From contig OZ250186.1 in the NCBI GenBank assembly GCA_965238275.1, positions 928,001-992,000 on the forward strand: a DNA stretch of 64,000 nt. Direction: 5' to 3'. Position numbers and translations under genes: made by a program. Origin of the DNA: Nitrosopumilus sp. (lineage in GTDB: Archaea > Thermoproteota > Nitrososphaeria > Nitrososphaerales > Nitrosopumilaceae). A model generated the notes under the pieces. It was not told the origin of the DNA and did no database searches. It saw only the letters and a list, made by a program, of their open reading frames with translations. Positions 1 to 10,072 of the stretch are shown here, piece after piece. Numbering within the stretch: the stretch's first letter is position 1; every line of letters begins with the position of its first letter.

Positions 1-361
1 ACAGATTCGTATGTAACTGCTGCATCCGGAGGATACACTCGGGAAGGGTGCCGGGTAATGCAGACAGGACCGTGTCCCAGTCGTTGTTTCCTCTCTCTAT
101 GCCACTTTCCATTGGAATTCATCGGTTGTAGGATGGATCGGTGATCCGGGACACCTGGCACCTGACGATCTTTGGAATTTTGTTGCTTTTTTGACGAGGA
201 TGCGGACAGTATCCCATGTGGCATGCATCCCCCGATCCGGCATCCGTTAGGCACGAATCACACAAGTAATCATACATGTTTTGGAGGTGACATGGGCACA
301 CATCCGGCGGCTGTAAAAAGTTTTAAATAACTATTTGGTTCAAAACAGACAGGTAAACGCT

Positions 362-694
362 ATGAATACAAAAGTACTTTTAACAGCAACAGTCCTTTCT
401 GTGTTCTTCATCGGTACCATCGGTTCGACTACTGTGGCATTTGCACAGTATCTCGGCAACGTTGGAGGCCAAGGAGAGACAGGATCACTAACCTTGGAAG
501 AAGCCCTTAAGGTTCAGGCAGACCGTATTGAGTCTGTAAAAAACAACCCTGGAGCCGGATCAGGAACACCATATCTTGATGCAAACGGCGTCGTTGGCGC
601 ATCAGTCATAGCCGGTGCAGTATTTGGCGGTATTGCAGGAGCCTTCTTCATCAGAGGAAGATCCGGCAAGTATGCTGCCATGGGCAGAGGATAG
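362..694 (+). CDS. Conserved thaumarchaeal secreted/membrane-anchored hypothetical protein
   Basis: ORF with signal-peptide-like N-terminus (ATG at 362), C-terminal TM helix and basic tail; TTTAAATA box upstream and T-rich terminator downstream. Confidence 0.75.
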   Translation: MNTKVLLTATVLSVFFIGTIGSTTVAFAQYLGNVGGQGETGSLTLEEALKVQADRIESVKNNPGAGSGTPYLDANGVVGASVIAGAVFGGIAGAFFIRGRSGKYAAMGRG

Positions 695-1009
695 TCACGT
701 ATCTTTTTTTCCCTTTTTTTGTTACAGTTGCCTAGACTCTATGCGTAATTTGACATTGGGCAAACATCGACTGGGCATTCATTTGCGCCGTATGGCCAGA
801 GACTAGGCATTGCGATCCGCCGACGCGTTCCATTCTTGCAGTACATCATGCGATCTGGATCGGCTTCTGCATGGCCATGCCGCGATCGCACGTCCCACCA
901 TAACCGTAAAGATCAAAAGCAAATCCAACCTGATGCTCTGTAGAATGCCGGTTCCGGGTCTCATACAGGCGGTAAACAACTTTTGGGACTACAATTAACC
1001 GTGTCAAGA

Positions 1010-2222
1010 GGGTGTGTCCTAGTAATAAAAAATGCCATCCCATGTGCCAAGATGTCAAAGACACGATTGGTGCCAGAACCCGTCGGCATCAACAGTGCAG
1101 CACCGTCGATCCCCCACAACCCATAAAATCCCCCAAATCCAAGACGCTGTGCGGAGGCTCCGCTAGGAGGCGCGTGTCAAGACGCGCCGGTTACGCTGCA
1201 AGTATCGCGATTTGATCCTGTGTGAGCCTACCGTCTTTTGCCTGCAATCTGGCCACGAGCTCGACGTTGTAGCACATGATGCGGATCGCAACCTCATTTG
1301 CCCGGTTCTCGTGTTTTCGGCATCTGGTGCCATCCCCGTACATCTTCTTGAGGGCGGCAAAGACTGCCTCGATGATGCTCCGCTGGTGGTACTGCGAATC
1401 AAATTTGTCCCGATCATCCATGTACAGGCTCACCATCTCGCGCCACGACTGGCTTCCCTTGGCGTTGCGTACGGTGTTGGACTTTGGCTTGATGCGGGGC
1501 ACCATTCCCATGGCAGATATCATGTTGCACATGAGCCTTGCCAGGTACGCAGAATCCAGGCAAAAGTCGCCGGTGCCCCGGCTTAGCCTGCAGAGCATCA
1601 CATACAACCCGTTTATGTCTGCCACCGCGCTGTCTGTCACCATGCAGTCGATTATCACCCTGGTGCGGATATCCACGATTGCGTGCAGTTTGACCCATCC
1701 CTTCCTGGTGCGAAAACTGTCGGTCCTGACGTCAAGCCACCTGACAAACCGCAGGTACGAGTATCCGGTGCTGTCTGCTGCCAGGGAGCCTGCCTCCACC
1801 TCCCTGATGGCAATCCGGTGTGCCTCTGCCAGATACCATTCCGGGATCAGGCCGTAGGCGCGCGCTATCGTGCTCTTGGAGGGAATCCGGTCCAGGCCCA
1901 TCTTACCTGCCATGGTGCCGTTATTCCGGAGAATGCCGACCATCTTACGGTAGGTCGTGCGCTGTGCCTCAAGCATGATGCAGACAGCTGCCATGGCGCC
2001 AGGCGGATATGCAGTCATGCCGCCCAGGCCGGGCCTGACGGCGTACGGATTCCCAAGCTCCTTGATTATTCCCAGCACGGTATTCAGCATGAGACCAGAC
2101 AGGTACTGCTGAACCAAATCGTATTGTCGTTGATCGCGTTTCTTTGTAGTCATTAGGCGATGCCGTGATCTGCCGATCCATATCTTTTGTCATCCGGGGG
2201 TATATGTCTCTAGGACACACCC
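1010..2222 (-). mobile_element. Intact IS5-family insertion sequence (1213 bp)
   Basis: 13-bp perfect TIR GGGTGTGTCCTAG (1010-1022 / 2210-2222); 9-bp target duplication GTGTCAAGA (1001-1009, 2223-2231); encloses a DDE transposase. Confidence 0.92.
1191..2153 (-). CDS. IS5-family DDE transposase
   Basis: Motifs AADSTG, KGWVKLHAIVD, LDSAY, YHQRSIIEAVF (DDE_Tnp_1-type). Confidence 0.9.
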   Translation of the reverse strand: MTTKKRDQRQYDLVQQYLSGLMLNTVLGIIKELGNPYAVRPGLGGMTAYPPGAMAAVCIMLEAQRTTYRKMVGILRNNGTMAGKMGLDRIPSKSTIARAYGLIPEWYLAEAHRIAIREVEAGSLAADSTGYSYLRFVRWLDVRTDSFRTRKGWVKLHAIVDIRTRVIIDCMVTDSAVADINGLYVMLCRLSRGTGDFCLDSAYLARLMCNMISAMGMVPRIKPKSNTVRNAKGSQSWREMVSLYMDDRDKFDSQYHQRSIIEAVFAALKKMYGDGTRCRKHENRANEVAIRIMCYNVELVARLQAKDGRLTQDQIAILAA

Positions 2223-2267
2223 GTGTCAAGAGAAATGTATATATCTCACAAATAGAGCTAAAAATAC

Positions 2268-2537
2268 ATGACTCCTATCATAGGTACCTTCCTAAGTATG
2301 CTGTCTTCATTGACAGGACAGCTGGGACCAAACTATGATCCATTGTTCTACGATGTAATGATTTACATCTTCGGAACCATGATGTTCACAATATTCCTTC
2401 TTGGAATCATATCATTCTGGTTGCGTGTACACGGCTGGGCCTACAAGGACAACCGAGAAAGATGGGTCGACGAACTGGACAGACACTTCGAACGAGAAGG
2501 CATTGGTCTTATTCCAGACAACGGTAAATACTGGTAG
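2268..2537 (+). CDS. Small single-TM membrane protein near the amo cluster
   Basis: 89 aa, one TM helix, TATA box ~30 bp upstream, poly-T terminator, codon style like the amo genes. Confidence 0.75.
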   Translation: MTPIIGTFLSMLSSLTGQLGPNYDPLFYDVMIYIFGTMMFTIFLLGIISFWLRVHGWAYKDNRERWVDELDRHFEREGIGLIPDNGKYW

Positions 2538-2751
2538 AACCATTTTTCCCTTTTCATTATTTTAGAATCACCCGTACTGCGTGGTTTCGATACATGACAC
2601 GCTGATCTGGCCGATCTACATCATCATCATCTGTCAGTCTGAATCCGTGCCGGTCCTGGCCGTGCAGTGAGATGTGTTCAAAACATGGTCCTGCGTTAGT
2701 ACGTGTGCAGAACCTGAAAGCGCCTGCTGCTGCTGCCAGGCACCCGCCCTG

Positions 2752-3279
2752 CTAGCTCTCAGGCGGAAGAAAGTCCTTGCCCTCTGATGCTTCATGTTCC
2801 TTTGAGGTAAATTCTGCACGGTAGTGCTTTCCGTCCTGCAATGGGTGGTTGATAAAACTAGGCGACAGCGTGTCGTCTACATATACTGCAGACTCTTTCT
2901 GATTCATGTCTTTCAGTGGAAACTCCCACATCCACAAAAAGTGGCCTATCTCATACGGATACTCCTCTTCCCATTCTGCATAGATCGTTCCATCCCCTGC
3001 CAGCGTGTACATGCTTCTTTGACAGCTGTCATTGATTCCAACGTTGGCCGGAATGTCTGCCTTCTTGCCGTCAACGATCAGTTCCAGCGTAGCCCTGATC
3101 TTGTATGGCGTGTCCTTGTCATCAATGCATGCCTTGAGCGGGTCATTTGGATTGACCACATACTGGAAGGCAGAACTTGCAGCAGCCGCAGAGACGCCGA
3201 TGATTGCAGTGATTATCAGGAATTTGATCGTCTTCTTTCTCTTGTAGGGATCACTGGTTCCTGGCCAAATCAACATCAC
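2752..3279 (-). CDS. Conserved hypothetical membrane-anchored protein
   Basis: 175-aa ORF, N-terminal TM helix, two Cys; lies downstream of amoB. Confidence 0.75.
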   Translation of the reverse strand: MMLIWPGTSDPYKRKKTIKFLIITAIIGVSAAAASSAFQYVVNPNDPLKACIDDKDTPYKIRATLELIVDGKKADIPANVGINDSCQRSMYTLAGDGTIYAEWEEEYPYEIGHFLWMWEFPLKDMNQKESAVYVDDTLSPSFINHPLQDGKHYRAEFTSKEHEASEGKDFLPPES

Positions 3280-3526
3280 TGTTCCCCTTGAATCCTTTAA
3301 AGTTCTTTTCCTCGCCGTGTGGGCGTGTGTGGGAGTTATGTCAGATCGCCGTTTGTGCCCCCACCTTCCTTAGGGCAGATGCAGCAGTATGGGGTCGCAT
3401 GGGTTGGTCAAATACAAGTTAAGGTCAGGCGGTGCATGCTGCCGATGGGCCCTGTCAGGCCCAGTATTCCTGGCGCATCTTACGCAAACAGGCTTCCCCG
3501 TGGATTCGGGCATGCCTGCATGATTC

Positions 3527-3865
3527 TCATCCGTACATGATCTCAATCGTGTCCAGCCTGTCCTGGTGGTCTGCAAGAAAGTATGTAATTACATCCGAGT
3601 CGATCTCAAGCCACTCCGATCTTCCCCTGTATGGAATATAATCCTCGACATACAGATCCTTGGGTCCTGTCAGTCTGACTATCAAGCTGCCCCCGGTGGC
3701 TTCTATCTCAAATGGCAGTTTGAGTACCTTGCCTCTTCTCTGATTCTGAATGTTTACCTTGAACTTGTCAGAACGGAATGTTACATCGCCGAAGAAGTAG
3801 CTCTGGGATATGTCAAGCCTGTCTATCTTGAAGCTTAGCATGCCATTCCATGAAAGGTAAAACAC
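3527..3865 (-). CDS. Conserved hypothetical protein directly downstream of amoB
   Basis: 112-aa ORF with normal protein composition, co-oriented with amoB. Confidence 0.7.
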   Translation of the reverse strand: MFYLSWNGMLSFKIDRLDISQSYFFGDVTFRSDKFKVNIQNQRRGKVLKLPFEIEATGGSLIVRLTGPKDLYVEDYIPYRGRSEWLEIDSDVITYFLADHQDRLDTIEIMYG

Positions 3866-3905
3866 GGTTTAAGGTTATTGGAAAATGAAAAGGAAAAGGG
3901 TGATT

Positions 3906-4475
3906 TTAGATTACTTGCCAGGGTCGTGTCGCAAACGTAATGACATATCCAACACCAATTATGATTGACTGGTATGCGATGTTGGTATATGGGATTGGTT
4001 TGATGATTGGTTCCCCTTCAACAACTACTGTCTGACCTGGACCAAGTCCGGGACCGACACTTGCTACGTTGAGCTGGGTGTGTACGTGATATACCCCTGC
4101 CTCTAGTGCCTTTGCAGAAAGGGAGTAGTTGATTTCACCGTTGCCTTCAATATCAAAGACGTTTCCGGGTGGATCTCTTGATAGCATCTCCCATCTGTTT
4201 CCTGCGTTAGTAGACTCTGAGAATATTGATATCCATCCTCTGAGATCTCTCTCCACTAGGCTGACCAGTTTTCCCTCAAGTACCAAGGTTTCACCAGTCT
4301 GCAGGGATTGTCTGTTGAAGGTCTCGTCTTCGATTCTAATGAAGCGACTCTGGAGTTGTGCCTGGACACCGTGTGCCTCTGCAGGTGGGAGTATGACTTC
4401 AACCCAGTTGAAGCCCAACGTTCCAAGTGCGAGTACCACAGCAAGTCCAACTGCGAACATTCTTTTTTCGACCAT
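3906..4475 (-). CDS. amoB: Ammonia monooxygenase subunit B
   Basis: Signal peptide followed by AEAHGVQAQLQSRF, GVYHVHTQ His motif, C-terminal FATRPWQVI typical of archaeal AmoB. Confidence 0.97.
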   Translation of the reverse strand: MVEKRMFAVGLAVVLALGTLGFNWVEVILPPAEAHGVQAQLQSRFIRIEDETFNRQSLQTGETLVLEGKLVSLVERDLRGWISIFSESTNAGNRWEMLSRDPPGNVFDIEGNGEINYSLSAKALEAGVYHVHTQLNVASVGPGLGPGQTVVVEGEPIIKPIPYTNIAYQSIIIGVGYVITFATRPWQVI

Positions 4476-4727
4476 AGTTATCCCTAATAATCAGAAAATC
4501 ACATACGTCGTTATATGTTTTACTTTCATCCGGGGTAATTGTCTTATTGGTTGTTTATCATCAATGATTAGCAATGAAAGCCAGCAAAATGTAATAAAAT
4601 TTTTTTATAAAATGATATGTTATATGGAATTATTTACATTGAAACCTGAAATAATTATTAAAAAATTAGCCAAAATTTCCGTCAAAGGAGAGTCTTACTT
4701 TATATGTAGATCTTACAGAATAGATCT
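4476..4727. promoter_or_regulatory. AT-rich divergent amoB/amoC promoter region
   Basis: Strongly AT-rich spacer; TTTATATG box at ~4699-4706, ~25 bp upstream of the amoC ATG. Confidence 0.6.
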
Positions 4728-5291
4728 ATGGCACAAATGCCGGCATTAATCCCAAAGGAAGTTGAGATCCAGAGACTAAAGAAGATCTGGCTCATCGTCA
4801 TTGCTATGGGATCAACTGCTGCGTCAGTCGAAGTAGACAACTTCGTAGATGGTTCCCTACATCAGACCTCTATCAGAGACAGTGCATTCACCCCAGCACA
4901 CTGGTGGCTGTACTCACACTTTGTTGCATTACCACTTGGATGGGGTGCAGCAGCAATCTATGATAGAAAGGTTCCAATTCTCAGAGGTCCAAACAACTCA
5001 ATGAACACCGGATTGAAGATGACCATTCTTGGTTACCTTGCAACCATGTTTACAATTGGAATCAACGAGATGTGGCACTTTTGGTTTGTAGAGGAGATCT
5101 TTGCTGTTCCAAACCATTGGATGTTTAACATGGGTGTCGTAGTGGCATTCATGGGCGCACTTGCATACGTGGTCAGGGTATATGCCCGACTAGTAGAGCT
5201 TGGTGCAGAGACTCCAGGTGAGAACCCGTACGTTGCAGAAATGTACAAGATGGCCTTGGAAGGCAAGCTGTACAGCAGATCAATCCCATAA
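4728..5291 (+). CDS. amoC: Ammonia monooxygenase subunit C
   Basis: MAQMPALIPKEVEIQRLKK...DGSLHQTSIRDSAFTPAHWWLYSHF; characteristic archaeal AmoC. Confidence 0.98.
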   Translation: MAQMPALIPKEVEIQRLKKIWLIVIAMGSTAASVEVDNFVDGSLHQTSIRDSAFTPAHWWLYSHFVALPLGWGAAAIYDRKVPILRGPNNSMNTGLKMTILGYLATMFTIGINEMWHFWFVEEIFAVPNHWMFNMGVVVAFMGALAYVVRVYARLVELGAETPGENPYVAEMYKMALEGKLYSRSIP

Positions 5292-5696
5292 TCCTATGTG
5301 CAAATTAGCACATTTTTTATTGGTTCAAAGGCAGATGACTTGCCGCATCTGTGCCAGACAAACGGATCCGTCCATGCAGAATGAATCCATGTGACTAGGG
5401 CAAGGGAGTTCGGGTAAAACTGGGCACGTCAAACCGAGAACCATGAACGGGTAGGGATTTTTTGTTCCTTGCTCCGGATGGCCGCCATCGCATCATCAGA
5501 TCTGCTCCTGTGACGCGTTTTGACATGGTGTCTCCCAGGATATACAAATCCGTGTCTGAATGACGAAATGATCCGACTGGGATATGAGATCGCATGTACC
5601 GTGGTTCTGATCCGGAATCATGCGCCGAGACGGATCCGTGTACCTTTTCATGCCTGATGTGGCGTTGTTTGTGGACTGTCCTGGGCCATACAATTA

Positions 5697-7050
5697 AACT
5701 CTGTTTCCTAATTACGCTCGACACAGATACTCGTCTGTGCAATTCTGCCTACGTCGTCGTCTTGCCCCCTTCCCTTGCAGTCCTTGGGCCGGGCTTGTAG
5801 GCTTGCACGATCCTTGGCGTGCCGTACCCGTTGTCGATTGCAGTATCGATCATCTGGTTGTACAGCTGCACCTTTCCGTATATCTCGGCCTTGACGTTCT
5901 CCCACTTGCGCGCGCTTATGCACTCGCCCAACACCCGCTTGAACGTGGAAAATACAATCTCGACTGACCACCGGTCGTTGTACCCTGACTCCCTGCGCCA
6001 CGCCTTCTGGAATTCCCTCTTTTGTTCGCGCGTGAGGCCTGCAAACTTGCGTTCTGCCGTCTTGTCCATGCAGTCCAGGTCCCCCAGCTGCCTGAATCCT
6101 GCCTCCTTGCGGGGCATGCACCCGTTCGCCTTTCCGGCAAAGTCGATGCGGACGGGAATCAGCGGCTCGATTCCCTGCTCGTCGCAGTACCTGCGGATCT
6201 TCTGGGTGTCGTACGCGCCGTCGGCTGCCGCCTTGGTGCCTGCAGAAGTGTCTGAGTTTGGTGATTTTTTTGCATTTGCAAGGGCCTGCCCCACCAGTTC
6301 CTCAAACTGCGGAGAGTCCCCGCACTTGTCGTCGGTTATGGCCACGGCGTAGATCTTTTTGGTTTTGGCATCCACCCCGACGTGCAGCTTTATGAAGCCC
6401 CGCCTGGTCCCCCACTTTTCTGTCATCCAGTCGCCGCGGTTTGTGGGCTTGAGTCCAGTGGAGTCGAAGGCAAACAGCTTGATCTCGGCCCGGGTGCCGC
6501 CGTCTGAGAACCACGCAGAAGCCGTGCCGCTACCATCATCATTGTCTGCAACAGTGCAGCCAAGCTTGGTCATCCTCTTCTGGAACGCCGAGTACGTGGG
6601 CGCGTTTTCCTTGCCGACTATCGTCTCTGCCAGACCCTGGAGCTGCCTGTACCTTATGCCGGTGGCGTTTTTGAACAGGGATGCTGCTGCAAAGCACGCG
6701 TTTGAAAATACGTACGGGCGGCCTACCTTCCCGCAGTTTAGCTTCTCGACTCCCTGAGTCAGGATCTCCGGGCTTATCTGGAGCGTCCACAACTGGCCGC
6801 GGTCTATGTACCTGCGGTCATCGTACTGGAACCGGCGTTCTTTGGATTTGAAAGATTTTTTAGCCTCATGCGTGCCCGTTTTGTCTGGAGAGGATGTGTT
6901 TTCAGTCATGGCGATAACCTGACTGTCTGCACACCTCTCTGATCAATACGGTTTTCTATTGAAGATGTTTGATATTATGTTCAAATTCAACTGATCTGGC
7001 CTAATTCTGAACCTGCTGGGTGTGACTGGCGATAATTAGGAAACAGAGTT
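5697..7050 (-). mobile_element. Intact IS5-family insertion sequence (1354 bp) between amoC and amoX
   Basis: 18-bp perfect TIR AACTCTGTTTCCTAATTA (5697-5714 / 7033-7050); 8-bp TSD TACAATTA (5689-5696, 7051-7058). Confidence 0.93.
5749..6909 (-). CDS. IS5-family DDE transposase
   Basis: Motifs FDSTGLK, GFIKLHVGVD, AADGAYD, GYNDRWSVEIVFSTFKR. Confidence 0.92.
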   Translation of the reverse strand: MTENTSSPDKTGTHEAKKSFKSKERRFQYDDRRYIDRGQLWTLQISPEILTQGVEKLNCGKVGRPYVFSNACFAAASLFKNATGIRYRQLQGLAETIVGKENAPTYSAFQKRMTKLGCTVADNDDGSGTASAWFSDGGTRAEIKLFAFDSTGLKPTNRGDWMTEKWGTRRGFIKLHVGVDAKTKKIYAVAITDDKCGDSPQFEELVGQALANAKKSPNSDTSAGTKAAADGAYDTQKIRRYCDEQGIEPLIPVRIDFAGKANGCMPRKEAGFRQLGDLDCMDKTAERKFAGLTREQKREFQKAWRRESGYNDRWSVEIVFSTFKRVLGECISARKWENVKAEIYGKVQLYNQMIDTAIDNGYGTPRIVQAYKPGPRTAREGGKTTT

Positions 7051-7098
7051 TACAATTAAGAAAGATTTAAAAGGATTCTAAAACACCATAATCTCATA

Positions 7099-7461
7099 AT
7101 GACTCTTCCAAAGGGATTCGGATCTGGCAGTGCTGGTGGTTCATCAAGCGCTGATGTAGAACGAATGATTGGAAAACGCGTTGAAAATATGACCGGTGTG
7201 ATTACAGTCTCATACTGGGCAGCATTGTTGGCCACTTTTGGCGGTACTGCAGCTGGATACTTTTATTATCCTTGGGCATATCCCACACCAAGCGGTCACT
7301 ATGCATTCATCGTACTTGCAATCATCGAGGCAATAGGTTACATCTTCTGTGTCAAGGTCATGGAAGAAGGTTCCAACAAGAATAGTAATGGTATAGTTGG
7401 CGGAAGTATTGCTGCTTCAGTGGCATTCGTGCTGTTTGTATCATTGTTTGTTGGTAACTAA
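7099..7461 (+). CDS. amoX: Ammonia monooxygenase subunit X
   Basis: 120-aa multi-TM protein MTLPKGFGSG...YFYYPWAYPTPSGH between amoC and amoA. Confidence 0.9.
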   Translation: MTLPKGFGSGSAGGSSSADVERMIGKRVENMTGVITVSYWAALLATFGGTAAGYFYYPWAYPTPSGHYAFIVLAIIEAIGYIFCVKVMEEGSNKNSNGIVGGSIAASVAFVLFVSLFVGN

Positions 7462-8072
7462 CTTCGTAGAAATCCTCAGCACACCTCTTTTTCATTTTAG
7501 GATAAAAGCAACGTCTGTACAAGCACGCAAAAACACATAGTCGATCAGTCGCGTTTCCTTGTCTTTTTCTGAGATCCTCCCCGGTTTCTTCCTGAATAGC
7601 GGAGCGACTTGGCGTAAGCCCTGTTTGGCTCACTGCATGCCCTGGCTGCATTCCATGCTGCTGTTCTGCAGGACATGTTTTGGGCGGTGTTGTTCCGCGT
7701 TCTCTCCTGGTCCGAACGCCATTCCGATTGTATCTGCGCGGGTTTTGTGCACGTGACTGCCGGCGCTTTTGATGGATTGCACCTCCGTACTTCAGGCAGG
7801 TTGTTCCATTTATGATAGTGGCGCATCTGCCATGCCGCCTCTTATGGAACGGCTTGGTCCATGCCGCCTGCGTCCATGTCTGGCCACGCCAGATGCCTTT
7901 CAGGTCCCTGGCAACAACCACGAGTACGCAAGATCGCAAAATGGGCACAGTCTGCCATTTCCGGCAAAATCTCCATACATGGGTCCTGAATGGGGGGTTT
8001 TGGGCATTTGGGCATGCAATTACCGTAAATGCACTCTAAAATTTTATATATTGACGATTTTCTAAACTGTTT

Positions 8073-8723
8073 ATGGTCTGGTTAAGACGATGTACCCACT
8101 ACTTGTTCATAGTAGTAGTTGCAGTTAACTCTACACTGTTAACGATTAATGCAGGTGACTACATCTTCTACACTGATTGGGCCTGGACTTCGTACACGGT
8201 ATTCTCAATATCGCAGACGTTGATGCTTGTTGTAGGTGCAACATACTACCTAACATTTACAGGCGTTCCAGGTACCGCGACGTACTACGCCCTGATTATG
8301 ACAGTCTATACATGGATAGCCAAAGGCGCATGGTTTTCCCTTGGATATCCATATGACTTCATTGTGACGCCAGTCTGGTTGCCATCCGCAATGCTATTGG
8401 ATTTGGTGTACTGGGCGACGAAGAAGAACAAACACTCGTTGATATTGTTCGGCGGCGTACTTGTAGGAATGTCATTGCCATTGTTCAACATGGTAAACCT
8501 GATAACAGTCGCAGACCCACTAGAAACGGCATTCAAATACCCAAGACCGACACTGCCACCATACATGACACCGATAGAACCGCAGGTAGGCAAGTTCTAT
8601 AACAGCCCAGTTGCTCTCGGTGCAGGTGCAGGTGCAGTCTTGGCATGTACGTTTGCAGCCCTAGGTTGTAAGCTCAATACATGGACTTACAGATGGATGG
8701 CCGCATGGTCCAAGTGGGATTAA
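8073..8723 (+). CDS. amoA: Ammonia monooxygenase subunit A
   Basis: MVWLRRCTHYLFIVVVAVNSTLLTINAGDYIFYTDWAW...RWMAAWSKWD, 216 aa. Confidence 0.99.
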   Translation: MVWLRRCTHYLFIVVVAVNSTLLTINAGDYIFYTDWAWTSYTVFSISQTLMLVVGATYYLTFTGVPGTATYYALIMTVYTWIAKGAWFSLGYPYDFIVTPVWLPSAMLLDLVYWATKKNKHSLILFGGVLVGMSLPLFNMVNLITVADPLETAFKYPRPTLPPYMTPIEPQVGKFYNSPVALGAGAGAVLACTFAALGCKLNTWTYRWMAAWSKWD

Positions 8724-8922
8724 GCCCAACCTTCCTTTTCCTTTTCTAAGTATCTCCTAGGGTGTACCCTGCATGTCCGATAGGAACCAAGCATGCATTC
8801 GGTCAAACACTGCAATTTACGCCTGAATAAGGGATCATGTCTGACACATGTTCAAAAAAATTACATAGATTGTCACATCTTGTTCCCTATGTCTCGTAAA
8901 CATATTTTTCACGACGGTTGTT

Positions 8923-9777
8923 GTGGTTCAAAGGCAGATTCTTGCGACTTCTAAACCGTTTTTAAAATGGGCAGGTGGGAAGCGCCAGCTGATTCATGTG
9001 CTGAATGAGAACGTCCCTGACACGTTTGGAAGATATTTTGAGCCGTTCCTGGGAGGCGGGGCCCTGCTGTTTCATACGATGGCTACCAGACCCGGGCATG
9101 AGTACAGAGTATCTGATCTAAACCCGGATCTCGTCTGTTCGTATGTTACAATTCGGGACAGGGTGGATGATCTGATCTCCTCCCTTAGGGATCATGAAAT
9201 AAGGTATCATCGTGAACCCCAAGAGTACTATTATGAAGTACGCGCAAGCCGGCCTAATGGTAATGTGGAAAAGACATCCCGGACAATATTTCTGAACCGG
9301 ACCTGTTTTAACGGACTGTATCGGGTCAACAGCAAGGGACTCTTTAACGTGCCTTTTGGGAAATACTCCAACCCCAAAATCGTAAACGAGGACAACCTGC
9401 GCTCTGTGAGTTGGGCCCTGAGGGAAAACGGCGTATCGCTCATGTGTTGCGATTTTGAGTCGATTCTTGATGAGGCCTGTGAGGGTGACTTTGTCTACCT
9501 TGATCCTCCGTACCAGCCGGTGAGTCCTACTGCCAGATTTACCAGTTATACCAAGAAGGATTTTGTAGACGGCGGACTGGAAAGGCTTGCCAGGCTCTGC
9601 ACAAGGCTGGACTCGAAGGGATGCAGGGTTCTCCTCTCAAACTCCGACTCCGAGGAGGTCATTGATCTGTTCTCTTCTAGGCCGTGGAGTATTGACAGGA
9701 TTCGCGCAAACCGTGCGATCAACTCCAACTCCAAAAGAAGGACAGGCCACTTTGAACTTTTGATAAAAAACTACTAG
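8923..9777 (+). CDS. dam: Dam-family N6-adenine DNA methyltransferase
   Basis: FLKWAGGK, YFEPFLGGG, FNGLYRVN, YLDPPY motifs; no adjacent endonuclease. Confidence 0.9.
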   Translation: MVQRQILATSKPFLKWAGGKRQLIHVLNENVPDTFGRYFEPFLGGGALLFHTMATRPGHEYRVSDLNPDLVCSYVTIRDRVDDLISSLRDHEIRYHREPQEYYYEVRASRPNGNVEKTSRTIFLNRTCFNGLYRVNSKGLFNVPFGKYSNPKIVNEDNLRSVSWALRENGVSLMCCDFESILDEACEGDFVYLDPPYQPVSPTARFTSYTKKDFVDGGLERLARLCTRLDSKGCRVLLSNSDSEEVIDLFSSRPWSIDRIRANRAINSNSKRRTGHFELLIKNY

Positions 9778-9898
9778 GGCCGGCGGCATGTTTTGATGCA
9801 GCAGCACCAATTGCATCCCGCGGACTCCTGTCAGGGTGGATTTTGGACGAACATGATTGCCCGTAGCATGATCTGCTACAGATGTTGATGATGAATGA

Positions 9899-9972
9899 AG
9901 CTTCGAGCGGGATCCGGACCCGCGACCTTTACCTTACCAAGGTAACGCTCTACCAGGCTGAGCTATCGAAGC
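9899..9972 (-). tRNA. tRNA-Thr(GGT)
   Basis: Cloverleaf GCTTCGA...TCGAAGC, anticodon arm TTACC-TTGGTAA-GGTAA. Confidence 0.9.
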
Positions 9973-10072
9973 GATATCTTTCCAAGATGCAAAATCCTTA
10001 TAATTCTTCACGTATGGTGCAATCCTGCTTCTTCTCTAAACTGTTAAATCTTGTACTCATACTTACAATTCC

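Noticed and set aside
7358-8065. ORFs in the amoX-amoA spacer (e.g. 196 aa, minus strand)
   Set aside because: Overlap amoX, atypical composition, no motifs; likely spurious
8923-9777. Restriction-modification system
   Set aside because: No cognate endonuclease adjacent; orphan methylase
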